From assembly GCA_051747805.1 (NCBI GenBank), contig JBNJGP010000058.1:1-16320 (forward strand): 16,320 nucleotides of DNA, in the 5' to 3' direction. This DNA comes from Candidatus Muiribacteriota bacterium (lineage in GTDB: Bacteria > Muiribacteriota > Muiribacteriia > Muiribacteriales > Muiribacteriaceae). Under the pieces are notes generated by a model that did not search any database, was not told where the DNA came from, and saw only the letters and a list, made by a program, of their open reading frames with translations. Of the stretch, positions 1 to 7,053 are shown piece after piece. Every line of letters starts with the position of its first letter. Within the stretch, counting starts at the first letter, position 1. Both the position numbers and the translations under genes were made by a program.

Positions 1-180
1 TATTATTTTAGCTTTTTAGCAAATAATAGCGAATTCATAATTTCGCTCCTTTAATAAAATCTGTCATTGTTTCCAGGGCAAAAACAATTCATGTTTCTTG
101 CAAAATAAGTTGTTTTTTAAGTATATCCCTCCTATATACCGAAAAAGAAAGTGATTAAATATATAATAAAGGAGTATTTA

Positions 181-1236
181 ATGAAAGATTACTCTCAGCG
201 GAAATACTTATCTTCAGTAGAGGCGGCAAGTTATTTAGGAGTAACAGTTGAAACTTTGAGAACTTATGTTAAAAATAAAAAAATAACCAATATTACATCG
301 GCGAGTGGCCAGAAGCGTTATGACCTTAAAAACTTAAACAATTTTCAAAAAAATAAAAAATTAAAAACTAAAAAAGTATCTGCAAATATTCCTAAAATCA
401 ATATAGTTGAAAGATTTAATACGGTTCAGAAAATATTTAACTCAAGTGCTACAGATATGCAGGAACTAGATGATAATTCAGTACATCTGATGATAACATC
501 TCCGCCTTATTTTAATGCTAAAATGTATGCCAGAGATTATATACCTGATAATCTCGGTGATATTCATGATTTAGATCAGTGGTTTGAAGAAATAAATAAA
601 GTATGGGCAGAATGTTTCAGAGTGCTTGCACCTGGAAGAAAAGCTTTTGTTAATATAATGAATTTACCAGTAAGGACTAAAAAAACCTATAGAACATTGA
701 ATCTGGTGGGAAGAACAATTGATGAAATGGAAAAGCAGGGATTTATATTTAAACGAGATATAATATGGCATAAGACAAATGGAGTGAGGGCCCATTTTGG
801 TACCTATCCATATCCGGGAGGCATACTTTTAAATAATATGCATGAATTTATTCTGGAATTTGAAAAAAAGGTAACTAAAACTGTTAAAAAATATGCTCAT
901 GTTACCCAAGAACAGCGGGAATCATCAAAGTTAGACAAGGATTTCTGGCTTTCTATCAAAAATTCTGATGTATGGACAATGAAACCTGAAAAAAGCGGTG
1001 GAGGTAGAAAACATGTGGCACCTTTTCCTTACGAGTTACCACGAAGAATAATAAAAGCGTATTCTTATGTTGGCGAAACTGTTCTTGACCCGTTTCTTGG
1101 AAGTGGTACAACACTTGCAGCCGGAATGGATTTAGGGCGTGATGGTGCCGGATATGAGGTTGTAGATGAAATTTCAAATAAAACAGTTGACTATCTTAAA
1201 AACAGGGAAAAGAAAAAATTAATTTATGAAAAATAA
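181..1236 (+). CDS. DNA amino-methyltransferase (beta class, N4-mC/N6-mA) with N-terminal MerR/excisionase-like HTH domain
   Basis: Motif IV 'ITSPPY' precedes motif I 'VLDPFLGSGTT' (beta order), with 'IIWHK' and 'HVAPFPYELPRRII' conserved blocks. N-terminus 'YLSSVEAASYLGVTVETLRTY...SGQKRY' is HTH_17/MerR-like. Start moved to ATG 181 because of the AAGGAG Shine-Dalgarno at 169-174. Confidence 0.9.
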   Translation: MKDYSQRKYLSSVEAASYLGVTVETLRTYVKNKKITNITSASGQKRYDLKNLNNFQKNKKLKTKKVSANIPKINIVERFNTVQKIFNSSATDMQELDDNSVHLMITSPPYFNAKMYARDYIPDNLGDIHDLDQWFEEINKVWAECFRVLAPGRKAFVNIMNLPVRTKKTYRTLNLVGRTIDEMEKQGFIFKRDIIWHKTNGVRAHFGTYPYPGGILLNNMHEFILEFEKKVTKTVKKYAHVTQEQRESSKLDKDFWLSIKNSDVWTMKPEKSGGGRKHVAPFPYELPRRIIKAYSYVGETVLDPFLGSGTTLAAGMDLGRDGAGYEVVDEISNKTVDYLKNREKKKLIYEK

Positions 1237-2743
1237 AAAAAAGCTCATTACTTTTTTGTTAATTGTTCCGCTAATACTTTTTATATTAAGTTATACCTTT
1301 ACTGTAAGAGGATGTTTAAGCGAAGAAAATGAATATCTAACAGAGATTAAAAGAAGAGGCTATAAATTTTCTCCGGAATTTTTTACATATTTAGCCGGTA
1401 AAGGTGATGTAGATGATTTAGAATTATTTTTAAATGCCGGAATGTATATTGGCGCAGTTAACGAGCTTGGACAGACAGCTATTTTTAACGCTGTTAGAAA
1501 TAATAAAAATGATAATGTGAAATTTTTATTACAGAAGGGGGCCAATCCTGATTGTTATGACAACACTAATTTAAGAATTCTTACTCTTGCAATACAGAAA
1601 AGAAATTTTGAGAATGCAAAAGTTATTATGGATTACGGCGCAGATATAAATTATGATTTTTTACAGCATACCGCTTTTACATATGCTCTTAATCTAGAAC
1701 AATATAAAATTGCTGAATATATGATAGAAAAAGGGCTCGAGGTAAATTCTGTAAACAAAATGGGAGATACCCCTCTGATTAAGTCGATTAGAAAAGGAAC
1801 ATATAGATTAACATATCAGCTTATTTTAAATGATGCAGATATTGAGAAAAGAGAAAGATTCAATGATTATACTCCATTGATGCAGGCTGCCAGTGTTGAT
1901 AATTTCAGAGCGGCTAATCTATTGATAGAAAGGGGTGCTGATATTGATTTTATAAACGAAAATGGTGAAACTGCATTTGAAATTGCTGTTAAATCGGACA
2001 GTGATAAAATTGTTTTAAGGCTTATCGAAAAAGGAGCTAACCATAAAATTAGCTCTTCAGACGACTTTGTTCCTCTAATTCATTTTGTTAGACAGGAAAA
2101 TTCAAAAATGGTTGAGTACCTACTTGAAAATGATTTTTCCCCAAACAGAAAAAATCGTACAAAAACTCCTTTAATTGAGGCAGTTTATTCTGGACATAAT
2201 AGAATTGTAAAAACTCTTATTAAATATGGGGCTCATGTGAACGATAGAACGGCAGACTATGATTATCCTCTCGCAATAGCTGTGGCTAATAACAAGAAAA
2301 ATATTGTTAAAACATTAGTTGAGGCTAATGCCAATATTAACAAAGAACAGGAGATGGGGGTTACTCCTCTTATCAGATATCTTGATAGAAAAGATTATGA
2401 TATGGTTGAATTTTTACTTCAAAACGGAGCGGACCCCGATAAACCTTCTGGGACAGACAATAAATATCCTCTGATTTTTGCCATAGATATGGGGTGTCTG
2501 GATTTATGTGATCTTTTATTAGAATACAATGCAGATATAAATATGAGATTTACAAACAGAAAAATAACTCCGCTTATTTATGCAGTTGAAAATGAAAAAT
2601 ATGATCTTGCTAAAAAATTAATTGAAAAGGGAGCCCAGATTAATTTGTTGGATAATCTGGGAAATTCTGCCCTTTACTATGCAAGAGTTACGCAAAATCA
2701 GAGACTTATTGATTTGCTTGAGAGAAATATTGAAAGATTATAA
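1226..2743 (+). CDS. Ankyrin-repeat protein with N-terminal signal/TM segment
   Basis: About 13 ankyrin units (TAIFNA, TPLIKS, TPLMQA, TAFEIA, TPLIEA, YPLAIA, TPLIYA..., each followed by LL/LIxxGA(D/N)xN). Basic then hydrophobic N-terminus (MKNKKKLITFLLIVPLILFIL). Overlaps the MTase end by 11 bp. Confidence 0.92.
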   Translation: MKNKKKLITFLLIVPLILFILSYTFTVRGCLSEENEYLTEIKRRGYKFSPEFFTYLAGKGDVDDLELFLNAGMYIGAVNELGQTAIFNAVRNNKNDNVKFLLQKGANPDCYDNTNLRILTLAIQKRNFENAKVIMDYGADINYDFLQHTAFTYALNLEQYKIAEYMIEKGLEVNSVNKMGDTPLIKSIRKGTYRLTYQLILNDADIEKRERFNDYTPLMQAASVDNFRAANLLIERGADIDFINENGETAFEIAVKSDSDKIVLRLIEKGANHKISSSDDFVPLIHFVRQENSKMVEYLLENDFSPNRKNRTKTPLIEAVYSGHNRIVKTLIKYGAHVNDRTADYDYPLAIAVANNKKNIVKTLVEANANINKEQEMGVTPLIRYLDRKDYDMVEFLLQNGADPDKPSGTDNKYPLIFAIDMGCLDLCDLLLEYNADINMRFTNRKITPLIYAVENEKYDLAKKLIEKGAQINLLDNLGNSALYYARVTQNQRLIDLLERNIERL

Positions 2744-2747
2744 TTTA

Positions 2748-3089
2748 TCATTCTAATTCTTTCCTCAGATTTATTTCTCCTTCCTCATCAGGATTAAAGT
2801 CCACTGCTTTAATTACGGCGTCTACGTTCAGAGGACCATAAAGATGAGGGAAAAGTTCCCCTCTGCCATTATCTTCGTATTTAACCTGATTTTTAAGTTT
2901 TTCGGGATTAATAATTAAAAGCTCGAGCTCATCTTTGTTTTTGCTGTTTTCCTGCGCTGCTTTTTTAATTTGTTGTGGGTCTGATAAATGAATAAATCCT
3001 TCCTTTTTAAGTGTTTCCGGTTTATACACTCCATCTTTTTTGGCTTTTTCCCATTTTTTTCTCTGGGCTATGTGTAATACAAAAAGCAT
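2748..3089 (-). CDS. DUF952 family protein
   Basis: Family motifs 'LHI...W', 'EGFIHLS', 'V(K)YE', 'ELFPHLYGPLNVDAV'. AGGAGG SD upstream of the ATG. Confidence 0.9.
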   Translation of the reverse strand: MLFVLHIAQRKKWEKAKKDGVYKPETLKKEGFIHLSDPQQIKKAAQENSKNKDELELLIINPEKLKNQVKYEDNGRGELFPHLYGPLNVDAVIKAVDFNPDEEGEINLRKELE

Positions 3090-3244
3090 ATCTGCCTCCT
3101 GATATTTTTTAATATTTTATTCTTAATTTATATATCGGTTTTTTTTTGATTGGTTATAAATTTCATGGTTTTCAGAAATTTTTTTTCTGATAGATTAAAA
3201 ATTGCTGAGCTAACTAAAATAGAATTGATAATCAAGCCGAATTT

Positions 3245-3598
3245 ATGATAAAATTAATTATTATGAATTTTAAGAAATACCTTGAAAAGTATACAACTGC
3301 GGAAGCATTGAAATTATACTTCTGCGATATTTTAGAAAATAAGTTCATAAATAATCCTGATGATTCGATTTTGAAACTTAGACTCGCGGTTTTGCTCAGA
3401 GAGTCGGGTAGATATAAAAAATCACTTGAGTATTTGTCAATTCCTGCTGAATGTAATAATGAGTTAGAAAAGAGTTTTTTGAGGGAAAAAATTATTACTT
3501 TAAAGGAAATGAAAGAATATAAAAAAGCATATGAGTTGGCTCAAAATAAAAATTATGAAGATAAAGAAATGATGAATTTTCTGAGGGATATGATTTGA
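3245..3598 (+). CDS. Small TPR-like helical protein (hypothetical)
   Basis: 'NPDDSILKLRLAVLLRESGRYKKSLEYL' and 'MKEYKKAYELA' resemble TPR units. Its TGA overlaps the TTG start of the next gene. Alternative start at ATG 3263. Confidence 0.6.
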   Translation: MIKLIIMNFKKYLEKYTTAEALKLYFCDILENKFINNPDDSILKLRLAVLLRESGRYKKSLEYLSIPAECNNELEKSFLREKIITLKEMKEYKKAYELAQNKNYEDKEMMNFLRDMI

Positions 3599-5199
3599 CT
3601 GGTTATTATTTTAAAAATAAAAAAGAGTTTTTTTTAGATTCTCCCCAAAAAAAAGGAGATTTTCTCTATGATATTGATATACATAGTTCTTATGATGCTT
3701 TGAAAATAATTGATACAGTAATTGATTGTTTAATGAGTAATTCTTTTAAAAAATTATGTAGTTTGAGAGGAGTATTTTCGGGAGTAGTTTTTCATGAAAA
3801 AAGCCAAAAAATCTGGTTGTTTTCGGATTTTTTTGGATATTCTCCGCTATATTATAAATTAGAAAATGAGAATATTTATTTTTCAAACTTTTTAAAGAAA
3901 ATAAGTGAAAAAACAAAATTAAAAACAGCGCCTCAGAACAAGGCTGAATTTCTTACCCGCGGATTTAATCCCAGAAAACAGACGTTGTATGAAAATACCT
4001 GGAGGGTGCCACCTGCAACTGTTGTTGAAATAGAAGAGGGTGTAGATAAAAATATTTCCTATTATAATCCAAATATTCAAAAAAATAAGAGTAATTTAAA
4101 ACAGAACATAGATAGTTTAAAAAAAATTGTTGATCTGTCATTAAAAGAAAGTGTTGGAAATCATGATGAAATTAATATTTTTTATTCGGGTGGAATAGAT
4201 TCCACGTTACTTTTGAATAGATGTCTTAATATGAATAAAAAAATAAAACTTTATTCTATTGTATTTAATGAGAAGAATTATTCTGAAAAAGCGTTTCAGC
4301 ATGATTATATTAAAGATAAGAAGGTGGATTATAAAGAAATTGTGCTTACTCCAAAAAAATACGCAGATAAATTACATAATATTATAGAAAACAAAAAAGA
4401 GAAGAGCTTCATATTAACGCAGGATGTTCCAGCTTTTTCTGCACTTGCAGATGAATGCTTTTTAAAAGGAAAGAATGTTTTAATGGGACTTCCGGCTGAT
4501 GAGTGGTTTTTTGGGTATAAATATATGACTGATTTTTATTATGATTGTGCTTATTATAATAATATTATAACTGAAATTGGTGTTGACGATTTAAAAAAAG
4601 TTCTAAATAATTCAGGTGGAATTTTTGCAATTATTCTGAACGAGTTTATTCAGAATATTTCTAATATAAGAAGTATATTCAATAGGTATTTTACAGAAGA
4701 GGAAATTAAAAAAATAACAGGCGAAAACTACTTTGATAAAAAAGAAATACCTTTTTCATATGAAAAAATTGAAATAAAAAAAATGTTGCAGCTTATTCAA
4801 TACAAGGTTATGCTTCCAAATAACTATTTTGTAAGGTTAAATACCATTGAAAATATTTCTGATATTAAGATTATGTTGCCATATATGCATAAAGAACTCT
4901 TTGAATTTGCTCTTTCTCTTGATGAAGATTTTTTGTTTAAGGGCGGGAAACAAAAATATCTGCTTTATGAGGCTGTAAAGGGGGAAGTTCCTGAAAGTAT
5001 ATTTAACCGTAGAAAACATGGGTTTGAAATTCCACTTAAATCTTGGTTATACAAAGATGATTTTTCTTTTATTAAGGAGTGTTTAATAAAAAATTCAGGG
5101 TTGCTTAATGTTGATTCTAATTATATAAAAAAATTATACAAAAACTATGAGATTCAAAAAATATGGTATTTATTTTCTTTAATTAATAATTTGATTTAA
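3595..5199 (+). CDS. Asparagine synthase-related amide ligase (AsnB-like; truncated glutaminase domain without Cys1)
   Basis: 'DFFGYSPLYY', PP-loop 'YSGGIDST', 'MGLPADEWFFGY', 'LPYM', 'KYLL', 'RRKHGFEIP' match Asn synthase motifs. The N-terminus is MTGYYF rather than MCGI. Confidence 0.85.
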   Translation: MTGYYFKNKKEFFLDSPQKKGDFLYDIDIHSSYDALKIIDTVIDCLMSNSFKKLCSLRGVFSGVVFHEKSQKIWLFSDFFGYSPLYYKLENENIYFSNFLKKISEKTKLKTAPQNKAEFLTRGFNPRKQTLYENTWRVPPATVVEIEEGVDKNISYYNPNIQKNKSNLKQNIDSLKKIVDLSLKESVGNHDEINIFYSGGIDSTLLLNRCLNMNKKIKLYSIVFNEKNYSEKAFQHDYIKDKKVDYKEIVLTPKKYADKLHNIIENKKEKSFILTQDVPAFSALADECFLKGKNVLMGLPADEWFFGYKYMTDFYYDCAYYNNIITEIGVDDLKKVLNNSGGIFAIILNEFIQNISNIRSIFNRYFTEEEIKKITGENYFDKKEIPFSYEKIEIKKMLQLIQYKVMLPNNYFVRLNTIENISDIKIMLPYMHKELFEFALSLDEDFLFKGGKQKYLLYEAVKGEVPESIFNRRKHGFEIPLKSWLYKDDFSFIKECLIKNSGLLNVDSNYIKKLYKNYEIQKIWYLFSLINNLI

Positions 5200-5253
5200 A
5201 AATAGATCCCGAGCTGGTGCGTTCTCAGTAAAACCTTTGAAAATTAGTGAGTT

Positions 5254-5907
5254 ATGAATTATAAAGTTGATATTATTTACAAAAAAATTAAAAATATGTA
5301 TATAAGGGTAAAATCCAACGGTGAGGTGGTTTTAACTGCTCCGCGTGGAACCCGGAAAAAATACATTAATGACTTTTTATCCAAAAAAAGTTTATGGATA
5401 AAAAAACATTTAAAATATTTAAAAGAAAATCCGCCGTTTGAAAATGAGAAAATGTATGAAAACGATGAGGTGTTTTTCTATACTGGTAAAAAATATAAAT
5501 TAAAAATTATAAAAAGCAGCGAAGAGGAGGTTAAGCTTAAAAAAGGAAAATTAATTATTTATACAGATAAAACACATGATTTTTTGTATAAACGCTTACT
5601 CGTAGATAATTGGTATTATAAACAGGCAGAAAAAGTTTTTGCGCGGCTTGTTAATAAATGGAGTCAAAAAACCGGGCTTTTTTCTGAAGTTTTAAGAATA
5701 AAAAGTATGAAAAGCAGGTGGGGTTCCTGTAATAAATTGAAAAAATCAATAAATTTAAATCTGGAATTGATAAAAAAAAGGAAAAAATTCATAGAATATA
5801 TTATTCTTCATGAGTTAACTCATTTAAAATATTCCGCACATGATAAGCGGTTTTATGATTTTATTGAATTTCATATGGCGGATTGGAAGCAAAATAAAAA
5901 ATATTAA
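5254..5907 (+). CDS. ygjP: YgjP/DUF45 (M48/SprT-like) zinc metallohydrolase
   Basis: 'KNMYIRV...V..TAP', 'MKSRWGSC', 'INLNLELI' and HExxH 'YIILHELTHL...H..RFY' are typical DUF45 motifs. Confidence 0.88.
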   Translation: MNYKVDIIYKKIKNMYIRVKSNGEVVLTAPRGTRKKYINDFLSKKSLWIKKHLKYLKENPPFENEKMYENDEVFFYTGKKYKLKIIKSSEEEVKLKKGKLIIYTDKTHDFLYKRLLVDNWYYKQAEKVFARLVNKWSQKTGLFSEVLRIKSMKSRWGSCNKLKKSINLNLELIKKRKKFIEYIILHELTHLKYSAHDKRFYDFIEFHMADWKQNKKY

Positions 5908-5920
5908 ATAGGATTTTATA

Positions 5921-5988
5921 AAAGTAAGTTTGGGACAAAAACTGTTTTAATGGATTTTTTTGTGATTTTATTTCGTAATAAATTTTAA
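5921..5988 (+). repeat. Intergenic repeat module A, copy 1
   Basis: 5921-5950 AAAGTAAGTTTGGGACAAAAACTGTTTTAA matches the reverse complement of 16291-16320 at 25/30 positions. Gapped similarity continues to about 5988 versus 16251. Confidence 0.8.
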
Positions 5989-5992
5989 TCTC

Positions 5993-6080
5993 TGGTTTTT
6001 GTCGCCTCTCATTGGCTTCTAATCGTCTTACTTCTCACTTCTCACTAGAACCGAAGGTTCGCTCACCGCTCTTTATATGC
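5993..6080 (+). repeat. Intergenic repeat module B, copy 1 (degenerate 10-mer and 7-mer periodic units plus GAACC-GAA-GGTTC hairpin)
   Basis: TGGTTTTTGTCGCCTCTCATTGGCTTCTAATCGTCTTACTTCTCACTTCTCAC...CTCACCGCTCTTTATATGC aligns in the same orientation with 16179-16250. Confidence 0.8.
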
Positions 6081-6111
6081 CAGGGTAAAAATATATAAAT
6101 CGGCGCTGACC

Positions 6112-6128
6112 CCGATATTATGTTAACT
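6112..6128 (+). other. Partial dif-like site (complete XerD arm, inverted relative to the main dif)
   Basis: CCGATA-TTATGTTAACT. Positions 6115-6128 are a perfect 14-bp inverted repeat of 6205-6218. No intact XerC arm at canonical spacing. Confidence 0.6.
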
Positions 6129-6177
6129 ATTGAAAATAAAGTTAAAATTTATATTTTATTTAGTGGAAGGAAACGAA

Positions 6178-6186
6178 AGTGGATAA
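6178..6186 (-). promoter_or_regulatory. DnaA box (1 mismatch)
   Basis: AGTGGATAA, reverse complement TTATCCACT, versus consensus TTATCCACA. Confidence 0.6.
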
Positions 6187-6195
6187 TATACTTGT

Positions 6196-6204
6196 TTATC
6201 CACA
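6196..6204 (+). promoter_or_regulatory. DnaA box (perfect)
   Basis: Exact TTATCCACA, immediately abutting the XerD arm of dif. Confidence 0.78.
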
Positions 6205-6232
6205 AGTTAACATAATATATATTATCGGAACA
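6205..6232 (-). other. dif: dif chromosome dimer resolution site (XerC/XerD)
   Basis: Minus strand reads TGTTCCGATAA-TATATA-TTATGTTAACT, an 11-6-11 layout. Compare E. coli GGTGCGCATAA-TGTATA-TTATGTTAAAT (XerD arm 10/11) and B. subtilis ACTTCCTAGAA-TATATA-TTATGTAAACT (identical spacer, XerD-side arm 10/11). It is intergenic, between convergent genes. Confidence 0.88.
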
Positions 6233-6242
6233 TGTAAACGGT

Positions 6243-6251
6243 TGTGGATAA
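6243..6251 (-). promoter_or_regulatory. DnaA box (perfect)
   Basis: TGTGGATAA is the reverse complement of TTATCCACA, 10 bp beyond the XerC arm of dif. Confidence 0.78.
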
Positions 6252-6288
6252 ATAGGAAGTTAGGCTATGTTTGGTTTTTAAAGGTTTT

Positions 6289-6972
6289 TTAGTTTTTGAT
6301 ATATTTTTTATAAAACGGGCATGATTTCAGATTATCTTTACAAATCTTTTTAGTTTTACAAGTTGGTCCAGCATATTTAAATATAATCGGAGAAACTTTT
6401 TCAAGTTCATAATACATTTTATACGCAATAATTCTTATTTCATCCTGGGCTCTCTGACACATTCTGAGTTCAAGAAAATGAAAAAGTTCTCTGACATTCA
6501 TAGTCACAATTATATTAGAGGCAGTTGAGGACGGCAAAACATATCTGGCATCTTCTTTATCGATGCCAAGCATTAAAAGCTCATCATAGGCCTTTTTTGC
6601 CTGCTTGTTTATTTTTTCATATATTTTCAGCGCATTTTTATCTTTTTTAACCATTACAGGTGTATAATATTTTAAATCGCCCTTCAATTTCACATATCTT
6701 TGTGACTGCTGTGCAAACGAAGCAATTCTATGTCTTACAAGCTGATGGGTGCAAACTCTTGAAACTCCATCAATTCCAAAAGAAAAAATTGCATGTTCTA
6801 ATACTGCATGATGGCCGCGTTCTATAACAATACGGAGTAATCTTTCAATAGTTTTTTGATCCAGCTTATTTTCCAAGTCTGCAATGTTTAATTCTGAATA
6901 ACATAATCTGGCCGCTACTGCGATTTTTCTTTCTGGTTCTGGTGTGTTTTGAAGCAGCTTTACATTTAACAT
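6289..6972 (-). CDS. thyX: FAD-dependent thymidylate synthase
   Basis: ThyX motif 'HQLVRHRIASFAQQSQRY', plus 'AARLCYS', 'GHHAVLEH', 'EDARYVLP', 'TMNVREL.HF..LR...RAQ.EIR'. ATG at 6972 follows an AAAGGA SD. Confidence 0.97.
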   Translation of the reverse strand: MLNVKLLQNTPEPERKIAVAARLCYSELNIADLENKLDQKTIERLLRIVIERGHHAVLEHAIFSFGIDGVSRVCTHQLVRHRIASFAQQSQRYVKLKGDLKYYTPVMVKKDKNALKIYEKINKQAKKAYDELLMLGIDKEDARYVLPSSTASNIIVTMNVRELFHFLELRMCQRAQDEIRIIAYKMYYELEKVSPIIFKYAGPTCKTKKICKDNLKSCPFYKKYIKN

Positions 6973-7053
6973 TATTTTTCCTTTCAAATTTATATAAAGT
7001 CTAATATTTTAAAAATACAATAAATTTACGTTAAAATCAAGGAGACATTTACT

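Noticed and set aside
3..92. Two tiny minus-strand ORFs (MNCFCPGNNDRFY, 92-51; MNSLLFAKKLK, 38-3, preceded by AAAGGAG)
   Set aside because: Only 11-13 codons, at the window edge, with no recognisable motif. Cannot be distinguished from chance or a decayed gene.
3171..3190. TCAGAAA...TTTCTGA inverted repeat in the divergent intergenic region
   Set aside because: Short and AT-rich, with no identifiable regulator. Likely chance.
3245..5907. Lasso-peptide/RiPP cluster (cyclase-like enzyme plus peptidase-like gene)
   Set aside because: No precursor, RRE or transglutaminase-like leader peptidase seen. The HExxH protein is a common DUF45 family member.
5993..6080. Periodic repeats as a possible CRISPR array
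   Set aside because: Units are 7-10 nt, tandem and degenerate, with no spacers and no cas genes.
1..6204. KOPS (GGGNAGGG) motifs oriented toward dif
   Set aside because: None found by eye left of dif. This lineage may use a different motif, so absence is uninformative.
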